Shown piece by piece: positions 26,501 to 39,700 of a stretch of 64,000 bases of DNA. The stretch lies in the NCBI RefSeq assembly GCF_009914755.1, contig NC_060941.1, one strand, 5' to 3'. Positions within the stretch are counted from its first letter, which is position 1; each line of letters begins with the position of its first letter. A program made the position numbers and the translations under genes. The notes under the pieces are model-generated. The model was not told the origin of the DNA. It made no database searches and worked only from the letters and a program-made list of their open reading frames with translations. The DNA comes from the human T2T-CHM13v2.0 reference genome, Homo sapiens.

Positions 26501-29500
26501 TGGTAGTAAAGGGAATAGCTTCATAGAAAAACTAGACAGAAGCATTCTCAGAAAATACTTTGTGATGATTGAGTTTAACTCACAGAGCTGAACATTCCTT
26601 TGGATGGAGCAGGTTTGAGACACACTTTTTGTAGAATCTACAAGTGGATATTTGGACCTCTCTGAGGATTTCGTTGGAAACGGGATAACTGCACCTAACT
26701 AAACGGAAGCATTCTCAGAAACTTCTTGGTGATGTTTGCATTCAAATCCCAGAGTTGAACCTTCCTTTGATAGTTCAGGTTTGAAACACTCTTTTTGTAG
26801 GATCTGCAAGTGGATATTTGGACCACTCTGTGGCCTTCGTTCGAAACGGGTATATCTTCGCATAAAATCTAGACAGAAGCCTTCTCAGAAACTTCTCTGT
26901 GATGATTGCATTCAACTCACAGAGTTGAACCCTCCTATGGATAGAGCAGTGTTGAAACTCTCTTTTTGTGGAATCTGCAAGTGGATATGTGGACCTCTCC
27001 GAAGATGTCTTTGGAAACGGGAATATCTTCACATAAAAACTAAACAGAAGCATTCTCAGAAACTTCTCTGTGATGTTTGTGTTCAACTCCCAGAGTTTCA
27101 CATTGCTTTTCATAGAGTAGTTCTGAAACATGCTTTTCGTAGTGTCTACAAGTGGACATTTGGAGCGCTTTCAGGCCTGTGGTGGAAAACGAATTATGGT
27201 CACATAAAAACTGGAGAGAAGCATTGTCAGAAACTTCTTTGTGATGATTGCATTCAACTCACAGAGTTGAAGGTTCCTTTTCAAAGAGCAGTTTCCAATC
27301 ACTCTTTGTGTGGAATCTGCAAGTGGATATTTGGACCTATTTTGAAGATTTCGTTGGAAACGGGAGAATCTTCACAGGAAAGCTAAACAGAAGCATTCTC
27401 AGAAACTTCTTTGTGATGCTTGCATTCAACTCACAGAGTTGAACTTTCCTTTCGAGAGAGAAGCTTTGAAACACTCTTTTTCCAGAATCTGCAAGTGGAC
27501 ATTTGGAGGGCTTTGAGGCCTGTGGTGGAAAAGGAATTATCTTCCCGTAAAAGCTAGATAGAAGCATTCTCAGAAACTACTTTGTGATGATTGCATTCAA
27601 GTCACAGAGTTGAACATTCCCTTTGACAGAGCAGTTTGGAAACTCTCTTTGTGTAGAATCTGCAAGTGGAGATACGGACCGCTTTGAGGCCTATGGTAGT
27701 AAAGGAAATAGCTTCATATAAAAGCTAGACAGTAGCATTCACAGAAAACTCTTGGTGACGACTGAGTTTAACTCACAGAGCTGAACATTCCTTTGGATGG
27801 AGCAGTTTCGAAACACACTATTTGTAGAATGTGCAAGTGGATATTTAGGCCTCTCTGAGGATTTCGTTGGAAACGGGATAAACCGCACAGAACTAAACAG
27901 AAGCATTCTCAGAACCTTCTTCGTGATGTTTGCATTCAACTCACAGTGTTGAACCTTTCTTTGATAGTTCAGGTTTGAAACGGTCTTTCTGTAGAAACTG
28001 CAAGTAGATATTTGGACCTCTCTGAGGATTTCGTTGGAAACGGGATAACCCGCACAGAACTAAAACAGAAGCATTCTCAGAACCCTCTTCGTGATGTTTG
28101 CATTCAACTCACAGTGCTGAACCTTTCTTTGATAGTTCAGCTTTGAAACACTCTTTTTGTAGAAACTGCAAGTGGATATTTGGTCCTCTCTGAGCATTTC
28201 GTTGGAAACGGGATAAACTGCACAGAACTAAACAGAAGCATTCTCAGAACCTTCTTCGTGATGTCTGCATTCAACTCACAGTGTGGAACCTTTCTTTGAT
28301 AGTTCAGGTTTGAAACACTCTTTCTGTAGAAACTGCAAGGGGATAATTGCACTCTTTGAGGAGTACCGTAGTAAAGGAAATAACTTCCTATAAAAAGAAG
28401 ACAGAAGCTTTCTCAGAAAATTCTTTGGGATGATTGAGTTGAACTCACAGGGCTGAGCATTCCTTGCGATGTAGCAGTTTAGAAACACACTTTCTGCAGA
28501 ATCTGCAAGTGCATATTTGGACCTCTGTGAGGAATTCGTTGGAAACGGGATAATTTCAGCTGACTAAACAGAAGCAGTCTCAGAATCTTCTTTGTGATGT
28601 TTGCATTCAAATCCCCGAGTTGAACTTTCCTTTCAAAGTTCACGTTTGAAACACTCTTTTTGCAGGATCTACAAGTGGATATTTGGACCACTCTGTGTCC
28701 TTCGTTCGAAACGGGTATATCTTCACATGACATCTAGACAGAAGCATCCTCAGAAGCTTCTCTGTGATGACTGCATTCAACTCACGGAGTTGAACACTCC
28801 TTTTGAGAGCGCAGTTTTGAAACTCTCTTTCTGTGGCATCTGCAAGGGGACATGTAGACCTCTTTGAAGATTTCGTTGGAAACGGAATCATCTTCACATA
28901 AAAACTATACAGATGCATTCTCAGGAACTTTTTGGTGATGTTTGTATTCAACTCCCAGAGTTGAACTTTCCTTTGGAAAGAGCAGCTATGAAACACTCTT
29001 TTTCTAGAATCTGCAAGTGGACGTTTGGAGGGCTTTGTGGTTTGTGGTGGAAAAGGAAATATCTTCACCTAAATACTAGATAGAAGCATTCTCAGAAACT
29101 GCTTTGTGATGATTGCATTCACCTCACAGAGTTGAACATTCCTATTGATAGAGCAGTTTGGAAACACTCTTGTTGTGGAATGTGCAAGTGGAGATTTGGA
29201 GCGCTTTGAGGCCTATGGTAGTAAAGGGAATAGCTTCATAGAAAAACTAGACAGAAGCATTCTCAGAAAATACTTTGTGATGATTGAGTTTAACTCACAG
29301 AGCTGAACATTCCTTTGGATGGAGCAGGTTTGAGACACACTTTTTGTAGAATCTACAAGTGGATATTTGGACCTCTCTGAGGATTTCGTTGGAAACGGGA
29401 TAACTGCACCTAACTAAACGGAAGCATTCTCAGAAACTTCTTGGTGATGTTTGCATTCAAATCCCAGAGTTGAACCTTCCTTTGATAGTTCAGGTTTGAA

Positions 29501-31246
29501 ACACTCTTTTTGTAGGATCTGCAAGTGGATATTTGGACCACTCTGTGGCCTTCGTTCGAAACGGGTATATCTTCGCATAAAATCTAGACAGAAGCCTTCT
29601 CAGAAACTTCTCTGTGATGATTGCATTCAACTCACAGAGTTGAACCCTCCTATGGATAGAGCAGTGTTGAAACTCTCTTTTTGTGGAATCTGCAAGTGGA
29701 TATGTGGACCTCTCCGAAGATGTCTTTGGAAACGGGAATATCTTCACATAAAAACTAAACAGAAGCATTCTCAGAAACTTCTCTGTGATGTTTGTGTTCA
29801 ACTCCCAGAGTTTCACATTGCTTTTCATAGAGTAGTTCTGAAACATGCTTTTCGTAGTGTCTACAAGTGGACATTTGGAGCGCTTTCAGGCCTGTGGTGG
29901 AAAACGAATTATGGTCACATAAAAACTGGAGAGAAGCATTGTCAGAAACTTCTTTGTGATGATTGCATTCAACTCACAGAGTTGAAGGTTCCTTTTCAAA
30001 GAGCAGTTTCCAATCACTCTTTGTGTGGAATCTGCAAGTGGATATTTGGACCTATTTTGAAGATTTCGTTGGAAACGGGAGAATCTTCACAGGAAAGCTA
30101 AACAGAAGCATTCTCAGAAACTTCTTTGTGATGCTTGCATTCAACTCACAGAGTTGAACTTTCCTTTCGAGAGAGAAGCTTTGAAACACTCTTTTTCCAG
30201 AATCTGCAAGTGGACATTTGGAGGGCTTTGAGGCCTGTGGTGGAAAAGGAATTATCTTCCCGTAAAAGCTAGATAGAAGCATTCTCAGAAACTACTTTGT
30301 GATGATTGCATTCAAGTCACAGAGTTGAACATTCCCTTTGACAGAGCAGTTTGGAAACTCTCTTTGTGTAGAATCTGCAAGTGGAGATACGGACCGCTTT
30401 GAGGCCTATGGTAGTAAAGGAAATAGCTTCATATAAAAGCTAGACAGTAGCATTCACAGAAAACTCTTGGTGACGACTGAGTTTAACTCACAGAGCTGAA
30501 CATTCCTTTGGATGGAGCAGTTTCGAAACACACTATTTGTAGAATGTGCAAGTGGATATTTAGGCCTCTCTGAGGATTTCGTTGGAAACGGGATAAACCG
30601 CACAGAACTAAACAGAAGCATTCTCAGAACCTTCTTCGTGATGTTTGCATTCAACTCACAGTGTTGAACCTTTCTTTGATAGTTCAGGTTTGAAACGGTC
30701 TTTCTGTAGAAACTGCAAGTAGATATTTGGACCTCTCTGAGGATTTCGTTGGAAACGGGATAACCCGCACAGAACTAAAACAGAAGCATTCTCAGAACCC
30801 TCTTCGTGATGTTTGCATTCAACTCACAGTGCTGAACCTTTCTTTGATAGTTCAGCTTTGAAACACTCTTTTTGTAGAAACTGCAAGTGGATATTTGGTC
30901 CTCTCTGAGCATTTCGTTGGAAACGGGATAAACTGCACAGAACTAAACAGAAGCATTCTCAGAACCTTCTTCGTGATGTCTGCATTCAACTCACAGTGTG
31001 GAACCTTTCTTTGATAGTTCAGGTTTGAAACACTCTTTCTGTAGAAACTGCAAGGGGATAATTGCACTCTTTGAGGAGTACCGTAGTAAAGGAAATAACT
31101 TCCTATAAAAAGAAGACAGAAGCTTTCTCAGAAAATTCTTTGGGATGATTGAGTTGAACTCACAGAGCTGAGCATTCCTTGCGATGTAGCAGTTTAGAAA
31201 CACACTTTCTGCAGAATCTGCAAGTGCATATTTGGACCTCTGTGAG

Positions 31247-33794
31247 GAATTCGTTGGAAACGGGATAATTTCAGCTGACTAAACAGAAGCAGTCTCAGAA
31301 TCTTCTTTGTGATGTTTGCATTCAAATCCCCGAGTTGAACTTTCCTTTCAAAGTTCACGTTTGAAACACTCTTTTTGCAGGATCTACAAGTGGATATTTG
31401 GACCACTCTGTGTCCTTCGTTCGAAACGGGTATATCTTCACATGACATCTAGACAGAAGCATCCTCAGAAGCTTCTCTGTGATGACTGCATTCAACTCAC
31501 GGAGTTGAACACTCCTTTTGAGAGCGCAGTTTTGAAACTCTCTTTCTGTGGCATCTGCAAGGGGACATGTAGACCTCTTTGAAGATTTCGTTGGAAACGG
31601 AATCATCTTCACATAAAAACTATACAGATGCATTCTCAGGAACTTTTTGGTGATGTTTGTATTCAACTCCCAGAGTTGAACTTTCCTTTGGAAAGAGCAG
31701 CTATGAAACACTCTTTTTCTAGAATCTGCAAGTGGACGTTTGGAGGGCTTTGTGGTTTGTGGTGGAAAAGGAAATATCTTCACCTAAATACTAGATAGAA
31801 GCATTCTCAGAAACTGCTTTGTGATGATTGCATTCACCTCACAGAGTTGAACATTCCTATTGATAGAGCAGTTTGGAAACACTCTTGTTGTGGAATGTGC
31901 AAGTGGAGATTTGGAGCGCTTTGAGGCCTATGGTAGTAAAGGGAATAGCTTCATAGAAAAACTAGACAGAAGCATTCTCAGAAAATACTTTGTGATGATT
32001 GAGTTTAACTCACAGAGCTGAACATTCCTTTGGATGGAGCAGGTTTGAGACACACTTTTTGTAGAATCTACAAGTGGATATTTGGACCTCTCTGAGGATT
32101 TCGTTGGAAACGGGATAACTGCACCTAACTAAACGGAAGCATTCTCAGAAACTTCTTGGTGATGTTTGCATTCAAATCCCAGAGTTGAACCTTCCTTTGA
32201 TAGTTCAGGTTTGAAACACTCTTTTTGTAGGATCTGCAAGTGGATATTTGGACCACTCTGTGGCCTTCGTTCGAAACGGGTATATCTTCGCATAAAATCT
32301 AGACAGAAGCCTTCTCAGAAACTTCTCTGTGATGATTGCATTCAACTCACAGAGTTGAACCCTCCTATGGATAGAGCAGTGTTGAAACTCTCTTTTTGTG
32401 GAATCTGCAAGTGGATATGTGGACCTCTCCGAAGATGTCTTTGGAAACGGGAATATCTTCACATAAAAACTAAACAGAAGCATTCTCAGAAACTTCTCTG
32501 TGATGTTTGTGTTCAACTCCCAGAGTTTCACATTGCTTTTCATAGAGTAGTTCTGAAACATGCTTTTCGTAGTGTCTACAAGTGGACATTTGGAGCGCTT
32601 TCAGGCCTGTGGTGGAAAACGAATTATGGTCACATAAAAACTGGAGAGAAGCATTGTCAGAAACTTCTTTGTGATGATTGCATTCAACTCACAGGGTTGA
32701 AGGTTCCTTTTCAAAGAGCAGTTTCCAATCACTCTTTCTGTGGAATCTGCAAGTGGATATTTGGACCTATTTTGAAGATTTCGTTGGAAACGGGAGAATC
32801 TTCACAGGAAAGCTAAACAGAAGCATTCTCAGAAACTTCTTTGTGATGCTTGCATTCAACTCACAGAGTTGAACTTTCCTTTCGAGAGAGAAGCTTTGAA
32901 ACACTCTTTTTCCAGAATCTGCAAGTGGACATTTGGAGGGCTTTGAGGCCTGTGGTGGAAAAGGAATTATCTTCCCGTAAAAGCTAGATAGAAGCATTCT
33001 CAGAAACTACTTTGTGATGATTGCATTCAAGTCACAGAGTTGAACATTCCCTTTGACAGAGCAGTTTGGAAACTCTCTTTGTGTAGAATCTGCAAGTGGA
33101 GATACGGACCGCTTTGAGGCCTATGGTAGTAAAGGAAATAGCTTCATATAAAAGCTAGACAGTAGCATTCACAGAAAACTCTTGGTGACGACTGAGTTTA
33201 ACTCACAGAGCTGAACATTCCTTTGGATGGAGCAGTTTCGAAACACACTATTTGTAGAATGTGCAAGTGGATATTTAGGCCTCTCTGAGGATTTCGTTGG
33301 AAACGGGATAAACCGCACAGAACTAAACAGAAGCATTCTCAGAACCTTCTTCGTGATGTTTGCATTCAACTCACAGTGTTGAACCTTTCTTTGATAGTTC
33401 AGGTTTGAAACGGTCTTTCTGTAGAAACTGCAAGTAGATATTTGGACCTCTCTGAGGATTTCGTTGGAAACGGGATAACCCGCACAGAACTAAAACAGAA
33501 GCATTCTCAGAACCCTCTTCGTGATGTCTGCATTCAACTCACAGTGTGGAACCTTTCTTTGATAGTTCAGGTTTGAAACACTCTTTTTGTAGAAACTGCA
33601 AGGGGATCGTTGCACTCTTTGAGGAGTACCGTAGTAAAGGAAATAACTTCCTATAAAAAGAAGACAGAAGCTTTCTCAGAAAATTCTTTGGGATGATTCA
33701 GTTGAACTCACAGAGCTGAGCATTCCTTGCGATGTAGCAGTTTAGAAACACACTTTCTGCAGAATCTGCAAGTGCATATTTGGACCTCTGTGAG
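31247..33794 (+). repeat. Single 15-mer variant HOR (2548 bp; 167-bp one-monomer deletion)
   Basis: EcoRI sites at 31247 and 33795 are 2548 bp apart (2715-167). The ORF phase shifts by 167 (32678 to 35226). Only two rather than three CAGAAGCATTCTCAGAACC monomers are present at ~33330-33660. Confidence 0.97.
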
Positions 33795-36700
33795 GAATTC
33801 GTTGGAAACGGGATAATTTCAGCTGACTAAACAGAAGCAGTCTCAGAATCTTCTTTGTGATGTTTGCATTCAAATCCCCGAGTTGAACTTTCCTTTCAAA
33901 GTTCACGTTTGAAACACTCTTTTTGCAGGATCTACAAGTGGATATTTGGACCACTCTGTGTCCTTCGTTCGAAACGGGTATATCTTCACATGACATCTAG
34001 ACAGAAGCATCCTCAGAAGCTTCTCTGTGATGACTGCATTCAACTCACGGAGTTGAACACTCCTTTTGAGAGCGCAGTTTTGAAACTCTCTTTCTGTGGC
34101 ATCTGCAAGGGGACATGTAGACCTCTTTGAAGATTTCGTTGGAAATGGAATCATCTTCACATAAAAACTACACAGATGCATTCTCAGGAACTTTTTGGTG
34201 ATGTTTGTATTCAACTCCCAGAGTTGAACTTTCCTTTGGAAAGAGCAGCTATGAAACACTCTTTTTCTAGAATCTGCAAGTGGACGTTTGGAGGGCTTTG
34301 TGGTTTGTGGTGGAAAAGGAAATATCTTCACCTAAATACTAGATAGAAGCATTCTCAGAAACTGCTTTGTGATGATTGCATTCACCTCACAGAGTTGAAC
34401 ATTCCTATTGATAGAGCAGTTTGGAAACACTCTTGTTGTGGAATGTGCAAGTGGAGATTTGGAGCGCTTTGAGGCCTATGGTAGTAAAGGGAATAGCTTC
34501 ATAGAAAAACTAGACAGAAGCATTCTCAGAAAATACTTTGTGATGATTGAGTTTAACTCACAGAGCTGAACATTCCTTTGGATGGAGCAGGTTTGAGACA
34601 CACTTTTTGTAGAATCTACAAGTGGATATTTGGACCTCTCTGAGGATTTCGTTGGAAACGGGATAACTGCACCTAACTAAACGGAAGCATTCTCAGAAAC
34701 TTCTTGGTGATGTTTGCATTCAAATCCCAGAGTTGAACCTTCCTTTGATAGTTCAGGTTTGAAACACTCTTTTTGTAGGATCTGCAAGTGGATATTTGGA
34801 CCACTCTGTGGCCTTCGTTCGAAACGGGTATATCTTCGCATAAAATCTAGACAGAAGCCTTCTCAGAAACTTCTCTGTGATGATTGCATTCAACTCACAG
34901 AGTTGAACCCTCCTATGGATAGAGCAGTGTTGAAACTCTCTTTTTGTGGAATCTGCAAGTGGATATGTGGACCTCTCCGAAGATGTCTTTGGAAACGGGA
35001 ATATCTTCACATAAAAACTAAACAGAAGCATTCTCAGAAACTTCTCTGTGATGTTTGTGTTCAACTCCCAGAGTTTCACATTGCTTTTCATAGAGTAGTT
35101 CTGAAACATGCTTTTCGTAGTGTCTACAAGTGGACATTTGGAGCGCTTTCAGGCCTGTGGTGGAAAACGAATTATGGTCACATAAAAACTGGAGAGAAGC
35201 ATTGTCAGAAACTTCTTTGTGATGATTGCATTCAACTCACAGGGTTGAAGGTTCCTTTTCAAAGAGCAGTTTCCAATCACTCTTTCTGTGGAATCTGCAA
35301 GTGGATATTTGGACCTATTTTGAAGATTTCGTTGGAAACGGGAGAATCTTCACAGGAAAGCTAAACAGAAGCATTCTCAGAAACTTCTTTGTGATGCTTG
35401 CATTCAACTCACAGAGTTGAACTTTCCTTTCGAGAGAGAAGCTTTGAAACACTCTTTTTCCAGAATCTGCAAGTGGACATTTGGAGGGCTTTGAGGCCTG
35501 TGGTGGAAAAGGAATTATCTTCCCGTAAAAGCTAGATAGAAGCATTCTCAGAAACTACTTTGTGATGATTGCATTCAAGTCACAGAGTTGAACATTCCCT
35601 TTGACAGAGCAGTTTGGAAACTCTCTTTGTGTAGAATCTGCAAGTGGAGATACGGACCGCTTTGAGGCCTATGGTAGTAAAGGAAATAGCTTCATATAAA
35701 AGCTAGACAGTAGCATTCACAGAAAACTCTTGGTGACGACTGAGTTTAACTCACAGAGCTGAACATTCCTTTGGATGGAGCAGTTTCGAAACACACTATT
35801 TGTAGAATGTGCAAGTGGATATTTAGGCCTCTCTGAGGATTTCGTTGGAAACGGGATAAACCGCACAGAACTAAACAGAAGCATTCTCAGAACCTTCTTC
35901 GTGATGTTTGCATTCAACTCACAGTGTTGAACCTTTCTTTGATAGCTCAGGTTTGAAACGGGCTTTCTGTAGAAACTGCAAGTAGATATTTGGACCTCTC
36001 TGAGGATTTCGTTGGAAACGGGATAACCCGCACAGAACTAAAACAGAAGCATTCTCAGAACCCTCTTCGTGATGTTTGCATTCAACTCACAGTGCTGAAC
36101 CTTTCTTTGATAGTTCAGCTTTGAAACACTCTTTTTGTAGAAACTGCAAGTGGATATTTGGTCCTCTCTGAGCATTTCGTTGGAAACGGGATAAACTGCA
36201 CAGAACTAAACAGAAGCATTCTCAGAACCTTCTTCGTGATGTCTGCATTCAACTCACAGTGTGGAACCTTTCTTTGATAGTTCAGGTTTGAAACACTCTT
36301 TTTGTAGAAACTGCAAGGGGATCATTGCACTCTTTGAGGAGTACCGTAGTAAAGGAAATAACTTCCTATAAAAAGAAGACAGAAGCTTTCTCAGAAAATT
36401 CTTTGGGATGATTGAGTTGAACTCACAGAGCTGAGCATTCCTTGCGATGTAGCAGTTTAGAAACACACTTTCTGCAGAATCTGCAAGTGCATATTTGGAC
36501 CTCTGTGAGGAATTCGTTGGAAACGGGATAATTTCAGCTGACTAAACAGAAGCAGTCTCAGAATCTTCTTTGTGATGTTTGCATTCAAATCCCCGAGTTG
36601 AACTTTCCTTTCAAAGTTCACGTTTGAAACACTCTTTTTGCAGGATCTACAAGTGGATATTTGGACCACTCTGTGTCCTTCGTTCGAAACGGGTATATCT

Positions 36701-39700
36701 TCACATGACATCTAGACAGAAGCATCCTCAGAAGCTTCTCTGTGATGACTGCATTCAACTCACGGAGTTGAACACTCCTTTTGAGAGCGCAGTTTTGAAA
36801 CTCTCTTTCTGTGGCATCTGCAAGGGGACATGTAGACCTCTTTGAAGATTTCGTTGGAAACGGAATCATCTTCACATAAAAACTACACAGATGCATTCTC
36901 AGGAACTTTTTGGTGATGTTTGTATTCAACTCCCAGAGTTGAACTTTCCTTTGGAAAGAGCAGCTATGAAACACTGTTTTTCTAGAATCTGCAAGTGGAC
37001 GTTTGGAGGGCTTTGTGGTTTGTGGTGGAAAAGGAAATATCTTCACCTAAATACTAGATAGAAGCATTCTCAGAAACTGCTTTGTGATGATTGCATTCAC
37101 CTCACAGAGTTGAACATTCCTATTGATAGAGCAGTTTGGAAACACTCTTGTTGTGGAATGTGCAAGTGGAGATTTGGAGCGCTTTGAGGCCTATGGTAGT
37201 AAAGGGAATAGCTTCATAGAAAAACTAGACAGAAGCATTCTCAGAAAATACTTTGTGATGATTGAGTTTAACTCACAGAGCTGAACATTCCTTTGGATGG
37301 AGCAGGTTTGAGACACACTTTTTGTAGAATCTACAAGTGGATATTTGGACCTCTCTGAGGATTTCGTTGGAAACGGGATAACTGCACCTAACTAAACGGA
37401 AGCATTCTCAGAAACTTCTTGGTGATGTTTGCATTCAAATCCCAGAGTTGAACCTTCCTTTGATAGTTCAGGTTTGAAACACTCTTTTTGTAGGATCTGC
37501 AAGTGGATATTTGGACCACTCTGTGGCCTTCGTTCGAAACGGGTATATCTTCGCATAAAATCTAGACAGAAGCCTTCTCAGAAACTTCTCTGTGATGATT
37601 GCATTCAACTCACAGAGTTGAACCCTCCTATGGATAGAGCAGTGTTGAAACTCTCTTTTTGTGGAATCTGCAAGTGGATATGTGGACCTCTCCGAAGATG
37701 TCTTTGGAAACGGGAATATCTTCACATAAAAACTAAACAGAAGCATTCTCAGAAACTTCTCTGTGATGTTTGTGTTCAACTCCCAGAGTTTCACATTGCT
37801 TTTCATAGAGTAGTTCTGAAACATGCTTTTCGTAGTGTCTACAAGTGGACATTTGGAGCGCTTTCAGGCCTGTGGTGGAAAACGAATTATGGTCACATAA
37901 AAACTGGAGAGAAGCATTGTCAGAAACTTCTTTGTGATGATTGCATTCAACTCACAGAGTTGAAGGTTCCTTTTCAAAGAGCAGTTTCCAATCACTCTTT
38001 GTGTGGAATCTGCAAGTGGATATTTGGACCTATTTTGAAGATTTCGTTGGAAACGGGAGAATCTTCACAGGAAAGCTAAACAGAAGCATTCTCAGAAACT
38101 TCTTTGTGATGCTTGCATTCAACTCACAGAGTTGAACTTTCCTTTCGAGAGAGAAGCTTTGAAACACTCTTTTTCCAGAATCTGCAAGTGGACATTTGGA
38201 GGGCTTTGAGGCCTGTGGTGGAAAAGGAATTATCTTCCCGTAAAAGCTAGATAGAAGCATTCTCAGAAACTACTTTGTGATGATTGCATTCAAGTCACAG
38301 AGTTGAACATTCCCTTTGACAGAGCAGTTTGGAAACTCTCTTTGTGTAGAATCTGCAAGTGGAGATATGGACCGCTTTGAGGCCTATGGTAGTAAAGGAA
38401 ATAGCTTCATATAAAAGCTAGACAGTAGCATTCACAGAAAACTCTTGGTGACGACTGAGTTTAACTCACAGAGCTGAACATTCCTTTGGATGGAGCAGTT
38501 TCGAAACACACTATTTGTAGAATGTGCAAGTGGATATTTAGGCCTCTCTGAGGATTTCGTTGGAAACGGGATAAACCGCACAGAACTAAACAGAAGCATT
38601 CTCAGAACCTTCTTCGTGATGTTTGCATTCAACTCACAGTGTTGAACCTTTCTTTGATAGTTCAGGTTTGAAACGGTCTTTCTGTAGAAACTGCAAGTAG
38701 ATATTTGGACCTCTCTGAGGATTTCGTTGGAAACGGGATAACCCGCACAGAACTAAAACAGAAGCATTCTCAGAACCCTCTTCGTGATGTTTGCATTCAA
38801 CTCACAGTGCTGAACCTTTCTTTGATAGTTCAGCTTTGAAACACTCTTTTTGTAGAAACTGCAAGTGGATATTTGGTCCTCTCTGAGCATTTCGTTGGAA
38901 ACGGGATAAACTGCACAGAACTAAACAGAAGCATTCTCAGAACCTTCTTCGTGATGTCTGCATTCAACTCACAGTGTGGAACCTTTCTTTGATAGTTCAG
39001 GTTTGAAACACTCTTTTTGTAGAAACTGCAAGGGGATCATTGCACTCTTTGAGGAGTACCGTAGTAAAGGAAATAACTTCCTATAAAAAGAAGACAGAAG
39101 CTTTCTCAGAAAATTCTTTGGGATGATTGAGTTGAACTCACAGAGCTGAGCATTCCTTGTGATGTAGCAGTTTAGAAACACACTTTCTGCAGAATCTGCA
39201 AGTGCATATTTGGACCTCTGTGAGGAATTCGTTGGAAACGGGATAATTTCAGCTGACTAAACAGAAGCAGTCTCAGAATCTTCTTTGTGATGTTTGCATT
39301 CAAATCCCCGAGTTGAACTTTCCTTTCAAAGTTCACGTTTGAAACACTCTTTTTGCAGGATCTACAAGTGGATATTTGGACCACTCTGTGTCCTTCGTTC
39401 GAAACGGGTATATCTTCACATGACATCTAGACAGAAGCATCCTCAGAAGCTTCTCTGTGATGACTGCATTCAACTCACGGAGTTGAACACTCCTTTTGAG
39501 AGCGCAGTTTTGAAACTCTCTTTCTGTGGCATCTGCAAGGGGACATGTAGACCTCCTTGAAGATTTCGTTGGAAACGGAATCATCTTCACATAAAAACTA
39601 CACAGATGCATTCTCAGGAACTTTTTGGTGATGTTTGTATTCAACTCCCAGAGTTGAACTTTCCTTTGGAAAGAGCAGCTATGAAACACTGTTTTTCTAG

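Larger units (their letters stand above)
1382..31246 (+). repeat. 11 consecutive full-length 16-mer HOR units (EcoRI phase), 2715 bp each
   Basis: GAATTC at 4097, 6812, 9527, 12242, 14957, 17672, 20387, 23102, 25817, 28532 and 31247. The equivalent site at 1382 reads CAATTC. Spacing is a constant 2715 bp with no net indels. Confidence 0.97.

Noticed and set aside
33420-33720. Possible foreign insertion or mobile element at the periodicity break
   Set aside because: The break is a clean 167-bp loss between paralogous monomers, with no non-alphoid sequence, target-site duplication or poly(A).
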